From contig JANRKO010000073.1 in assembly GCA_033763455.1 (NCBI GenBank), forward strand, positions 1-64,000: 64,000 nucleotides of DNA, written 5' to 3'. The DNA is from Polyangiaceae bacterium. GTDB lineage: Bacteria > Myxococcota_A > Polyangia > Polyangiales > Polyangiaceae. Made by a program: the position numbers and the translations under genes. The notes below the pieces were generated by a model. The model did no database searches and had not been told where the DNA came from. It was given only the letters and a program-made list of their open reading frames with translations. The stretch's first letter is position 1, and each line of letters starts with the position of its first letter. Positions 20,883 through 30,548 of this stretch are shown here, one piece after another.

Positions 20883-22316
20883 ATGCATCCTACATTTCCG
20901 TCTTGGGCCCAGTGCGTGTGGGCCGCTGCCATCGTCCTCGCCTGTTCGAGCCCCGCCCCCACCAACAGCATCCCCCACCAACCCACGGGTTGGAGCGATG
21001 AGCTCAGGATGGCTGAAGCCATCGACGAAGATCCCGATCCAAACGTGTTTGAGACGCACCTCAGCGCCGGCATCACGGAACTCGAAGTCATCCCTGGTAC
21101 CAAGACTCCGGTATGGGCGTACAACGGGTCTCTCCCCGGCCCATTGATCCATGTAAAACGCGGCGACAAGCTCCGGATCCACTTCCAAAACCTTTTGCCC
21201 GAGCCGACCACGCTGCACTGGCACGGCATACGCTTGCCCAACAACATGGATGGGGTACCAGACACCACCCAGCCAGCTGTCCTCCCTGGCGAAACCTTTG
21301 ATTACGAATTCACTGCGCCGGACCCCGGACTCTATTGGTACCATCCTCACGCTAACGCTGCGGTCCAGGTGGGCAACGGCTTGTATGGCGCCGTCCTAGT
21401 GGATGATCCGGACGAACCGAAAGAGCTCGGTGACGAGCTTCCGCTAGTAGTGAGCGACATGGCGCTGAATCCCGATGGCAGCGTTCTCCCCCCCGACAGT
21501 GGCGGGGATACGGGGGCCTTATTTGGCCGCGAGGGCGACACGCTGCTGGTAAACGGCAAGGTAAATCCAATCCTACGCCCACGCGCTGGATTGCGGCAAC
21601 GCTGGCGGATCGTGAACACGGCAAAGTCTCGATATTTTCAGATCGCCGTCGCTGGTCAACACTTCACGCGCATTGGTGGAGACGGTGGCAAAACATCCGA
21701 TCCCGAGGAGCTATCTGCCATCCTCGTCGCGCCGGCTGAGCGCGTCGACGTACTCCTTACGTTAGAGGCTGAGCCCAAGGCTTCGCTTCCCGTACGCTGG
21801 GTTCCGTTCGATCGCGGTTTTGGCACCGCGTTCAACCGGCCCGAAGCGTTGATGTTCACCATGGCGGTGGCGGATATGCCAGGGCTTCCAGCGCCCAAGC
21901 TGCCCGCGTTTCATCGTGACATTGAGCCGCTCGATATAAGCCTAGCCACACCCATCCAAATGGAGCTCACCGAAAACGATATCGGAGCCCAATTCGCCTT
22001 GGGGATCAACGGCGTTCCAAGCTGGAAGGCTGAACCCATCTTGGCCAAGATCGGCGAAACCCAAGTTTGGACCGTGCGCAACACCATCCAATTCGCGCAC
22101 CCGTTTCATCTACATGGCTTCTTCTTCCAGATCCTAGATCTGAACGGAGTGCCTCCAAGAGTGCGTGAATGGAAGGACACCGCTCACGTACCTGTGGACG
22201 GGACTTTGCGTTTAGCCGTACGGTTTGATGAACGCCCCGGCATGTGGATGTTTCACTGCCACATTCTCGAGCACGCCGAAGCGGGCATGATGGGCATGGT
22301 CCATCTGCACGAATAA
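20883..22316 (+). CDS. Multicopper oxidase (lipoprotein)
   Basis: HWHG, WYHPH, HPFHLHG, HCHILEHAEAGMM; VLAC lipobox. Confidence 0.95.
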   Translation: MHPTFPSWAQCVWAAAIVLACSSPAPTNSIPHQPTGWSDELRMAEAIDEDPDPNVFETHLSAGITELEVIPGTKTPVWAYNGSLPGPLIHVKRGDKLRIHFQNLLPEPTTLHWHGIRLPNNMDGVPDTTQPAVLPGETFDYEFTAPDPGLYWYHPHANAAVQVGNGLYGAVLVDDPDEPKELGDELPLVVSDMALNPDGSVLPPDSGGDTGALFGREGDTLLVNGKVNPILRPRAGLRQRWRIVNTAKSRYFQIAVAGQHFTRIGGDGGKTSDPEELSAILVAPAERVDVLLTLEAEPKASLPVRWVPFDRGFGTAFNRPEALMFTMAVADMPGLPAPKLPAFHRDIEPLDISLATPIQMELTENDIGAQFALGINGVPSWKAEPILAKIGETQVWTVRNTIQFAHPFHLHGFFFQILDLNGVPPRVREWKDTAHVPVDGTLRLAVRFDERPGMWMFHCHILEHAEAGMMGMVHLHE

Positions 22317-22337
22317 GATACTATCGATAGCGTTCGT

Positions 22338-22387
<50 letters not shown>

Positions 22388-22397
22388 GAGCATCAGC

Positions 22398-23327
22398 TTA
22401 AAGCTCTGTAGCCTCGATACGCCGATTCTTCTGGCGCCCTTCTTCCGTATCGTTGGGTGCAATGGGGCGCTCATCTCCATAACCTACAGCTTCTATGCGG
22501 CTCGCATCGATCCCCTTTGAAACGAGATAGTCGCGGCACGCTTGAGCGCGCTTTTCGGACAGATCCTTGTTGTTCTTCGGCTTACCCACGTTGTCCGTGT
22601 GCCCAGAGATCTGAATGCGGGAGCTTTTCTTGTGCGTCATGTATTCGACGACGCTCTCGAGCCGCGCAAAGGATTCAGGCCGAATGGTAGCTTTGGCCGT
22701 ATCGAAGTTGACGCCATCGAGCACAAAATTTGGCGATTTTCCTGGCGCCGCCCCCGGTGCCGTGGCCGCCGTATAGCGCTTATAGCGTAAGGTTAACTTC
22801 ACATTCTGATTGGGCTCGTCGCTCACCGGAACACTTGCCGAAATCTCGCGGCGCCCCAAGCTCACGTAAACAATCTCATACTTTTGCCCTACCGGAACGA
22901 GCACCTCCGCGTACCCCGCGGCGTCGGTCTCTTCAGTGTAGAACTTCTTGCCATCCGCACCCGTGAGAGAGATCACAATGCCGGGAATAGGCCCCTTGTC
23001 TTTGTCGACCACTACAAACTTCATGGCCGCTTCCGTCTTGCTCGGCTTGATCTTCGAAGCATTAACGCCTCCAGCGCTTTTCGCGCTGTCCGACTTAGCA
23101 AGCTTGAACTCGCTGCCGGAGGGGGCGCCCGAGCCCTCGCTGCCAGCGCTCCCCGGGCTTGCCGAATCGCTCTCACTCTCGGCCGCAGGAGCAGGCTCGG
23201 CCGGCTCCTGCGCTGCACTTGCGGGATCGGCAATCGCCGCTGGGGATTCAGGAGGCGGCGTGGCCTGGCCGCCCCCACAAGCAAACAAAGCCAGGGCTGC
23301 TAACGTACTCTTTGCAAGTTGGCGCAT
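22398..23327 (-). CDS. OmpA-family lipoprotein
   Basis: LFAC lipobox; VNFDT, GHTDNVG, LSEKRA, GYGDERP, NRRIE. Confidence 0.93.
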   Translation of the reverse strand: MRQLAKSTLAALALFACGGGQATPPPESPAAIADPASAAQEPAEPAPAAESESDSASPGSAGSEGSGAPSGSEFKLAKSDSAKSAGGVNASKIKPSKTEAAMKFVVVDKDKGPIPGIVISLTGADGKKFYTEETDAAGYAEVLVPVGQKYEIVYVSLGRREISASVPVSDEPNQNVKLTLRYKRYTAATAPGAAPGKSPNFVLDGVNFDTAKATIRPESFARLESVVEYMTHKKSSRIQISGHTDNVGKPKNNKDLSEKRAQACRDYLVSKGIDASRIEAVGYGDERPIAPNDTEEGRQKNRRIEATEL

Positions 23328-23443
23328 TCCGATTCCTCCACTCAAGTTAACGGGCGGGAACGTTACCACACCCGCACGCAGAACTGGATCGGTCCGTGAA
23401 TTCAGCTGCGGCGGAGGGTGAGGCCCCAATTCCGTCCCAAAAA

Positions 23444-23463
23444 GTACTTGCCATGCTAAGTAC
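23444..23463. repeat. Dispersed 20-bp imperfect palindrome GTACTTGCCATGCTAAGTAC
   Basis: Intergenic between divergent ompA-like and dus; 18/20 identical to the 18064 copy. Confidence 0.9.
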
Positions 23464-23551
23464 TTGGCTGCGCGAAAAAATAGGCCCCCCGCCGTCGCTC
23501 TTTAGCCACGCCCAGAGTGCGGCTATAGGCCCGGCCGAGATCTTCCAGACG

Positions 23552-24679
23552 ATGTCTTCCTTCCTTCGTGAATCTGCATTCTTGCAAGAAAGTCCGCAGA
23601 ACACTTCGCCGTCACCCGATACTTCGCGTGACACCAAGCGTAATGCTTCACGCTTGCCGAGCGGGGCCATTGCGGGGTTGCCATTTTTGGCGCTCGCGCC
23701 GATGCAGAAGATCACGGATTTGCCCTTCATGCGCCTCATTGCTGAGTATGGCGCGCCAGACTTCTACTTCACCGAATATTTCCGCGTCTTCCCACGCTCT
23801 TGCCTGGAACGCCCTATTCTTCGCGGCATTACCGAAAACACCACCGGGCGCCCTGTCTTCGCGCAACTGATGGGCGAAGTGCCGGCCGAATTGGTGCGCA
23901 CTGCACGCGAGCTACAAACTTATCCAATTGCAGGTATCGATCTGAACCTCGGTTGCCCCGCTCCGCTCATCTACAAGAACAACGTGGGCGGCGGGTTGCT
24001 CAGAGATCCGGATAAGATCGACAGCATCTTGGGCGCACTGCGCGACGCCATACCGGGGCTCTTCACCGTGAAGATGCGCATCGGCTTCGATTCCCTCGTG
24101 AACTTCGAACGCATTCTCTCCCTCATCAACAAGCACCATGTTGATCTATTGAGTGTGCATGGCCGCACCGTCCAAGAAAAATATCAAAGCACGGTTCATT
24201 ACGACAAGATTGCCGAAGCTGTTCAGATCGTAAAATGCCCGCTGTTGGCCAACGGCAACATTACCTCGGCCACAAAAGCTGTAGATGTTCTGCAACAAAC
24301 GGGTGCTCACGGCGTAATGGTCGGCCGCCACGCCATCCGCAACCCATGGATATTCCGCCAATGCCGGGAAGCGTTCCGAGGTTTGCCGGTAACCCCGATC
24401 ACGCTAGAAGAAGTCCGCGGCTATATCGAGAAGCTTTACCGCGCCACGCGTCACGCGCACATCTCCGACGAAGCGAACGTGCACCAAACCAAGCGTTACC
24501 TGAACTTCATTGGCACAAGCGTGGATCCCAACGGCACCTTCCTGTTCGAGATGCGCCGCGCCGGCACCGAAGCTGAGCTCTTCGGCATCTGCGATCGCCA
24601 TCTACTTAAGAACCCCAGCGCCCATTTCCCGCTCGAACCCTTCTCAGGCCTCCTCGCTCGGCCCACGTGTGAAGGCTGA
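23552..24679 (+). CDS. dus: tRNA-dihydrouridine synthase family protein
   Basis: LAPM, IDLNLGCP, VKMRIG, VHGRT, ANGNI, VMVGR; start uncertain. Confidence 0.9.
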   Translation: MSSFLRESAFLQESPQNTSPSPDTSRDTKRNASRLPSGAIAGLPFLALAPMQKITDLPFMRLIAEYGAPDFYFTEYFRVFPRSCLERPILRGITENTTGRPVFAQLMGEVPAELVRTARELQTYPIAGIDLNLGCPAPLIYKNNVGGGLLRDPDKIDSILGALRDAIPGLFTVKMRIGFDSLVNFERILSLINKHHVDLLSVHGRTVQEKYQSTVHYDKIAEAVQIVKCPLLANGNITSATKAVDVLQQTGAHGVMVGRHAIRNPWIFRQCREAFRGLPVTPITLEEVRGYIEKLYRATRHAHISDEANVHQTKRYLNFIGTSVDPNGTFLFEMRRAGTEAELFGICDRHLLKNPSAHFPLEPFSGLLARPTCEG

Positions 24680-24771
24680 ATTTTAGCGGGATCCAAGCAC
24701 TCGCCAAGGTGCCGTCCCTCGCGTGAACCCCTCCGCGAGACTCGGGGACCCCCTGGTGCTACGATGTTGGA

Positions 24772-24987
24772 ATGAACACGTTGAAAGCCAAGGTCGTGGG
24801 TGGCCACTTCGTGATCGAGGAACGAACGGATCTTCCAGAAGGCACTGAGCTGTACCTGGTGCCCGTGAACGAAGAGGACGAAGACCGCTTCGATGTCGAG
24901 GAAGCTAACAAAGCCTTACTCGAATCAAAGGCCACTTTAGAACAACCGATCCCGTGGGGCAAGGTCAAAGCCGAGCTCGGTCTGTAA
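24772..24987 (+). CDS. Putative type II antitoxin
   Basis: 71 aa, acidic, LPEGTE and IPWGKVKAELGL C-terminus; abuts RelE-like gene. Confidence 0.75.
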   Translation: MNTLKAKVVGGHFVIEERTDLPEGTELYLVPVNEEDEDRFDVEEANKALLESKATLEQPIPWGKVKAELGL

Positions 24988-25189
24988 GTGCCCCGATACC
25001 AAATTGAAATCCTTGCATCGGCAAGACTCGCTTGCCGATGAACCCCGTCCAAGTGGCGCAAAGAAGCTCGTAGAGTCGGATTATTGGCGCGTGCGCGTTG
25101 GCGACTACCGAGTGGTGTACAGCATTGAAGACTCCGTGCTCGTTATCTTAGTTATCCGTGTCGGCCATCGCCGAGACGTGTACCGGTAG
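24988..25189 (+). pseudogene. relE: RelE/ParE-family toxin with internal deletion and frameshift
   Basis: GTG at 24988 gives MPRYQIEILASAR, then a stop in that frame; C-half LADEPRPSGAKKL...WRVRVGDYRVVY...GHRRDVYR is in another frame. Confidence 0.8.
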
Positions 25190-25210
25190 AGCCACGATCC
25201 TCCCAGAACG

Positions 25211-26458
25211 CTAACCCTTAATACCTGTGGTTGCGATGCCACGAATGAACGTCTTCTGGGTAAAGAAGAAGAGCACCACAATGGGCAAGGTGACCACGGC
25301 GCTTGCGGCCATCAAATGGTGCCACTGAGTGCCCCCGTGCTGGCTTTGATAATTCTGCAAGGCGAGCGCGAGCGTAAACGTGTGTTTGCGCGTTAGGTAC
25401 AAAAGCGGGCCGGTAAAATCATTCCACGCTGAAAGGAAGTGAAAGAGCGCCACCACCGCCAATACCGGCTTGCTCAGCGGCAGAATGATGCGCCAAAAAA
25501 TCCCCCACTCGCTGCAGCCATCAATACGCGCCGCATCACTAAGCTCGCGCGGCAGCGTCAGGAAAAATTGCCGCATCAAGAAGATATTGAAAGCGCTGCC
25601 AAAGAAGGCTGGCACCCAGAGGGGCTTTAGAGTTCCGATCCACCCGAGCTCCTTGAATACTGAATAGAGCGGCACCATAAGTATGGGGAACGGCACCATC
25701 ATAGTCGCCAAGGTGAGCGCAAAGAGAACATTGCGCCCGCGCCACTCAATCCTCGCAAAGCCATAGGCGATAATCGCGTTGGAAAATACGGCACCTATTA
25801 CACCCAGCAAGCACACAACAAGTGTATTGCTCAAGAACTTCCAGAAGCTCACCGCACTGTCTTCCCCCACCCCAGTTTCCAGCGCCGTTACGCTCCCTTC
25901 AGCCTCTTCTACGCTCTTTCCTCCCATGGTGGCGAGCGCAATTCGGAAATTCTCCCAGCGAGGCTTAACGCTCGAAGTGATCTCACTTTCGGCGAGCACA
26001 TCCGAACGGAGCTCGCGCGAACGAACTTTCGTCTGCGACCGTTCCGTAACGTGCCATGCCCCCGGCTCAACCATTTTCAGGAGACGCACGCGAACAAGCG
26101 TCGCCTTCTTCTCGCCGCCCTCATAGGTAACCTGCTTTACAGTGCCCTGCCCCGCATCATACAAAGTACGTGGCACCAGCAACGGTCGCCCCTGGCTCAC
26201 GCCTTCCGTGGGCGAAACGAGTACGCTCGGCTCAGCTACTTGGTAATCCCGCGTTACCTCTGTTTGTTTGCCGCCAAGCACCGCAACATACGTACGAGGC
26301 ACGAAGGTGGGCGGCATCGCCATAGTTTGCTCCACGGGCTTCAGCGCCGTACAGAGCAACCAAATCAACGGGAAAAGGAACAAGAACGAACCTGCTGCCA
26401 AGAGCGCGTAGATAACGGAGCGGGCGAAAAAGGATCTCGGTTGCACGGTGGAGCTCAA
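25211..26458 (-). CDS. Carbohydrate ABC transporter permease (MalG-like) with large soluble insertion
   Basis: EAA-loop DAARIDGC, WNDF..PL, FFFTQKTFIRG. Confidence 0.93.
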   Translation of the reverse strand: MSSTVQPRSFFARSVIYALLAAGSFLFLFPLIWLLCTALKPVEQTMAMPPTFVPRTYVAVLGGKQTEVTRDYQVAEPSVLVSPTEGVSQGRPLLVPRTLYDAGQGTVKQVTYEGGEKKATLVRVRLLKMVEPGAWHVTERSQTKVRSRELRSDVLAESEITSSVKPRWENFRIALATMGGKSVEEAEGSVTALETGVGEDSAVSFWKFLSNTLVVCLLGVIGAVFSNAIIAYGFARIEWRGRNVLFALTLATMMVPFPILMVPLYSVFKELGWIGTLKPLWVPAFFGSAFNIFLMRQFFLTLPRELSDAARIDGCSEWGIFWRIILPLSKPVLAVVALFHFLSAWNDFTGPLLYLTRKHTFTLALALQNYQSQHGGTQWHHLMAASAVVTLPIVVLFFFTQKTFIRGIATTGIKG

Positions 26459-26470
26459 AGGTGGTGAACG

Positions 26471-27367
26471 TCAGCGGTAGTGGACGCGCGACTTGGAAAG
26501 CTTGGTCGCCAGCAAGGTAAGCCCAACAATTAACAGGAAGAGCAGCCAGGCCATCGCACTCGCGTAGCCCATGCGGAGGTCATAAAAAGCCGTAGAAAAC
26601 AGGTACAAAGCGTAGAAAAGCGTGGAGCGAGCGGGCGCGCCATCAGCGCCGCCCGTCATCACAAATACCTGCGTGAACACTTGCAAGGAGCCAATGATCC
26701 CCATGATCAAGTTGAAGTAGATCACCGGCGAGATCATCGGCAAAGTTACGTGCCAAACGCGCCGCCAGAAGCCCGCCCCATCAAGCTCCGCGGATTCATA
26801 CAGCTCCTGTGGCACATCCTGCAGGCCCGCCAGGTAAATCACCATCGAATTGCCCACACCCCAGGCACTCATCAGCGCCAGCGCGGGCTTCGACCAATTC
26901 GGATCGGACAGCCAGGTAGGCGGCTCAGCTCCAAACACCGCCACAATCGGCCGCAGCGCGACGTTCAAGATCCCGTGGTTGCCATTGAAAATCCAGAGCC
27001 ACAACATTGAGCTCGCCACCAAGGGCACGAGTGACGGCAGGTAAAAGAAAGTGCGAAAAAGTGCCATCCCGCGCACTCCGGTGTTCAAGAGGAGCGCCAA
27101 GGAGATCGACACAATCATGCCCAGGGGCAACGAAAGTGCGGTGTAGATGAGCGTATTTTTGAGCGACTTCCAGAAGACCACGTCGTGCATCAAGCGCTCG
27201 TAATTCCCCGTGCCAATCCACACCGGAGGCTCCAGCACTGAGAAATCCGAAAAGCTATAAAAAAGCGAGGCCAGCACCGGATACAGCGTAAAAACACTGA
27301 GCCCGACGATCCAGAGCGCTGCAAAGCCAAGCCCGCTCTTCAGATCCCTCTTTTCATTGGCCCTCAT
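26471..27367 (-). CDS. Carbohydrate ABC transporter permease (MalF/UgpA-like)
   Basis: YLAGLQDVPQELYESAELDGA, MGYASAMAW. Confidence 0.95.
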   Translation of the reverse strand: MRANEKRDLKSGLGFAALWIVGLSVFTLYPVLASLFYSFSDFSVLEPPVWIGTGNYERLMHDVVFWKSLKNTLIYTALSLPLGMIVSISLALLLNTGVRGMALFRTFFYLPSLVPLVASSMLWLWIFNGNHGILNVALRPIVAVFGAEPPTWLSDPNWSKPALALMSAWGVGNSMVIYLAGLQDVPQELYESAELDGAGFWRRVWHVTLPMISPVIYFNLIMGIIGSLQVFTQVFVMTGGADGAPARSTLFYALYLFSTAFYDLRMGYASAMAWLLFLLIVGLTLLATKLSKSRVHYR

Positions 27368-28734
27368 GGCTCAGCCCCCTCTCGAATAGAGCCTTGTTTA
27401 CGCGCGCGGCGCCGCTCCAAGCTTTCTGCGTGGAACCTAAAGCTCTCGCTCACACGCTCCTGACCAAAGCGAAGAGCTTCAGCGGGGGATTGTTGTAGGA
27501 GCCGTACGTTTTCGAACACGCTCATCTGCTCGCGGGCGTACTCTTGCCAGATCCCGAGTTTCGGCAAGTGCACAGCCTGGTCGCTCGCTGCGAGCTCTCG
27601 GAACAGCTTGATCGAAGGATGTGGGTGGTGGTCCGTGAAAAATGGGCTCCACTCCCTGAGCGGCGAGTTCTTCTCTTGCAGGTAACAGAGCAACTCCACA
27701 CCCGCTAGCTCCTCTTTTCGTTGCGCCGCTTGATTGTGGGAGCTCAAGTACTTGATGAACTCCCACGCTTCCTTCGGGTGCTTGGCCCCACGCGGTATCA
27801 TCAGCACGTCGGCATCTGCAGCGCCAAAGCGTTCGAACCCGGGAGCGGCCACGGGCAGCGGGCTCACGCCATACTCGAGCCCCGGAGCGAACTGGCGAAT
27901 GTAGTTGTTCATCCATACGCCCTGGAGCACCATCGCAATCTTCCCCCCGAAGAATGCATTTTGCGGCGAAGCAAAATTGCCAAATCCGCTGGTAAACCCC
28001 CTGATTTTATCGAGGCCGTACTTCTTGGAATAGCTCTCCACCCAGCGGTAGGCATCGAGGTTCTTAGGGCTATCTAGCGTGATCTTCTGGCCATCCCAAA
28101 GCTGGCCGCCAAACCATTGGGGATAAGCCCAAGCCATCCAACCAGGCTCCTGGGGCAGAAAGCCCAGCTGCAAGATCTCACCCGTTTTCGGATCGATCTT
28201 AGAAAGCCTTGCGGCGAAGTCATCGAGCTCGGCCACCGTCTTAGGTGGGCGTTCGGGATCCATTCCCGCGGCACGAAACATCGCTTTGTTCCAATGTAAT
28301 GCATACATAGTCGGCGTAGTAGGCACCGCCCAAATCTGTCCCCGGTAGCTACACATATCCGCGTACACGGGCGCGTAACGCGAAAGCCACTTCTCCGGCG
28401 TGGACCCATCCGCCTTGATAAAATCATCCAGCGGCATCACCGCGTTCCGATCGGCGAACGAATAAATCGTGAAAACCCAAAGCCCCGCGAGATCTGGCGG
28501 GTCACCCCCAGCCGTGGCAACCAATGCCTTCTGATCTAGCCGCGACACCGAAAGATATTCAACAACGATCCGATCTTGCGATCGATTGAACTTATCGACC
28601 ACCTTTTGCATCGCCTCCCCCTCAGCGCCCGTCCACTTCTCCCAATACGTAACATGGACCTTGTTCGACCGAGGCTCACACCCAAGGAGTGCGAGGCAAA
28701 GCCCTAACCAAGCCATCCGTGCCCATACGCGCAT
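27364..28734 (-). CDS. Carbohydrate ABC transporter solute-binding lipoprotein
   Basis: LLGC lipobox, AGGDPPD, WNKAMF, FFGGKIAM. Confidence 0.92.
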   Translation of the reverse strand: MRVWARMAWLGLCLALLGCEPRSNKVHVTYWEKWTGAEGEAMQKVVDKFNRSQDRIVVEYLSVSRLDQKALVATAGGDPPDLAGLWVFTIYSFADRNAVMPLDDFIKADGSTPEKWLSRYAPVYADMCSYRGQIWAVPTTPTMYALHWNKAMFRAAGMDPERPPKTVAELDDFAARLSKIDPKTGEILQLGFLPQEPGWMAWAYPQWFGGQLWDGQKITLDSPKNLDAYRWVESYSKKYGLDKIRGFTSGFGNFASPQNAFFGGKIAMVLQGVWMNNYIRQFAPGLEYGVSPLPVAAPGFERFGAADADVLMIPRGAKHPKEAWEFIKYLSSHNQAAQRKEELAGVELLCYLQEKNSPLREWSPFFTDHHPHPSIKLFRELAASDQAVHLPKLGIWQEYAREQMSVFENVRLLQQSPAEALRFGQERVSESFRFHAESLERRRARKQGSIREGAEP

Positions 28735-28771
28735 CGGGATGCTGCATAGCACGTGGCTCGGGGCCTTTCCC

Positions 28772-29656
28772 CTACCGACAATCCCCAAACGCCCCCGCCC
28801 ACACAGCTTCACCCAATTTATCGTGCGCCTCCCGATTGAAGTGCAGCCCGTCGGGTCGTGAAAATTCGTACGCTTCGCAGAAGCGCTCTGGATCTCCACA
28901 GGAGAGCAGCGGATAGGTGTCGATCACTTCATCCACGAGCCCGCCCTTCTGGCTTTTGATCCAGGCGTTGAGGCTCTGGGTGTGCTCGCTCCGCGCGGGC
29001 GTGAAGTAGCGTTTGAAGCCGCCCCAGGGGGCAACGGTGAGGGCAATTACCCGCATTTTTGCCTGTTTGGCTTGCGAGTAAATGGCCGCAAGATCGGCTT
29101 CTATTTTGGTGTTGATGCGCCCGGCGGTTTCGTCGCTGTAGAGGTCATTCACGCCACCGAAAACGATGAGGTCAGAGTAGGTGCCGGGCGGTGCACTCAA
29201 GATATCGGCTTCGAAGCGGCGGCGCATTTGATTCACCATGTCGCCGCCTTTGCCGAAATTCGATATCTTGATGCTGGGGCACCGCTTTTCCAGGTGGCGC
29301 AAGTAGCCGCCTCCTAGGGTACGATAATCTGTGATTGAATCTCCGAGGGCCGCCACACTGTACTGGCGATGGGAAACCTGATGTTGCGCACCTGCGGCTG
29401 ACCCGAGGCCGGCACTTGAAGGCACCGTCGTGGCCGAGCCCTCCTTCACCCGCTCACGGTCGAGAGAAGTTACGTCGCTTTGCGCTAAGCCACCGCCAGT
29501 ACCCTTCGATGGCAAGCCCAGTACAATCGGCGACGGGGCAGGTAGCGCCGCGGGAGCTCGCACTTGAGATTCTGGGTGGGATTCTGGCGCCGTGCGACAC
29601 GCCGTTGGCAAAATAACGAGCAGGCCGAGCGCGAAAGCGAGCCTGCGGAGCGCCAT
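28772..29656 (-). CDS. SGNH/GDSL hydrolase lipoprotein
   Basis: ALGDSIT, GGVND, DGLH. Confidence 0.9.
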   Translation of the reverse strand: MALRRLAFALGLLVILPTACRTAPESHPESQVRAPAALPAPSPIVLGLPSKGTGGGLAQSDVTSLDRERVKEGSATTVPSSAGLGSAAGAQHQVSHRQYSVAALGDSITDYRTLGGGYLRHLEKRCPSIKISNFGKGGDMVNQMRRRFEADILSAPPGTYSDLIVFGGVNDLYSDETAGRINTKIEADLAAIYSQAKQAKMRVIALTVAPWGGFKRYFTPARSEHTQSLNAWIKSQKGGLVDEVIDTYPLLSCGDPERFCEAYEFSRPDGLHFNREAHDKLGEAVWAGAFGDCR

Positions 29657-30546
29657 TAGGCATCCACGCTGTAGAGTACCGTTGTAGAAAGCTTCTCGCC
29701 GGGCTCGAGCACGCGCATACCTGTATCAGTGGTGCCGCGAGCCGCCAGGTTGAACGCATCGTTAGCGTGGCTCACAGGCTCAAAGCAGAAGAACGGAGCG
29801 CCCTTGGGCGTGTAGATCACGGCGTGCTGGCAGACACTATCGCCGTTTACGCGCAGCCTCACGCCGCGGTCAGGCCAGTGGATCTCCGCTTCGCCGTTCC
29901 AGCCGGCAAAACAGTGATCCAGGCTCGTCTCAGAAACGCGCTTTGGCGAGCGAAAATCCTCGGCGGAGGAAACAGGAACAAGCCCTTGAGGAACGAAATT
30001 CTTCGCGCTCCAGATCGTGGGTAGTTGAGCACGCAGCGTAGTCAATTCGTTGCACTCAAAATAGGGATGAAAGCCCAGCCCCGCAGGCATTGGCTCAGCG
30101 CTTCTATTTTCTACTGAAAGAGTGTGTCGAAGCGAGGTGCCCGAAAGCTGGAAGTTCTGCGTGGACGAGTAGCGCCACGGCCACTCCCCGGGGGCGTGAC
30201 CATATTGCAGAATGAGCTGCGAGGCCGATTGATACGCCACGCGCCAAGCAGCTTTCCAACCGTGGCCGTGCAACGGATGCTCATGCGGCAACATATTGGG
30301 GCTCTGCCGCACGTGACGCCCCCGAAACTCGAAGCTACCGCCCAATACGCGGTTGGAGTACGGAACGAGTGGGAAGCTCGACATGGCGAGAGCTCCTGAT
30401 GACGGCGCTTGCTGCGCTTCATAGTGGCGCATCAGCGAATTCGTTCTGCTCGGAGCCCGCAACTCAAAGGCTCCGATGGAACCGCCATACTCCGGGAAGA
30501 CCTCCAGCCGGAGGCTTCCCGCGCATAACTCGACGCCCTGGCTCAC
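29656..30546 (-). CDS. Aldose 1-epimerase family protein
   Basis: PYSNR, LHG, GFHPYF, FCFEP. Confidence 0.9.
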   Translation of the reverse strand: MSQGVELCAGSLRLEVFPEYGGSIGAFELRAPSRTNSLMRHYEAQQAPSSGALAMSSFPLVPYSNRVLGGSFEFRGRHVRQSPNMLPHEHPLHGHGWKAAWRVAYQSASQLILQYGHAPGEWPWRYSSTQNFQLSGTSLRHTLSVENRSAEPMPAGLGFHPYFECNELTTLRAQLPTIWSAKNFVPQGLVPVSSAEDFRSPKRVSETSLDHCFAGWNGEAEIHWPDRGVRLRVNGDSVCQHAVIYTPKGAPFFCFEPVSHANDAFNLAARGTTDTGMRVLEPGEKLSTTVLYSVDA

Positions 30547-30548
30547 GT

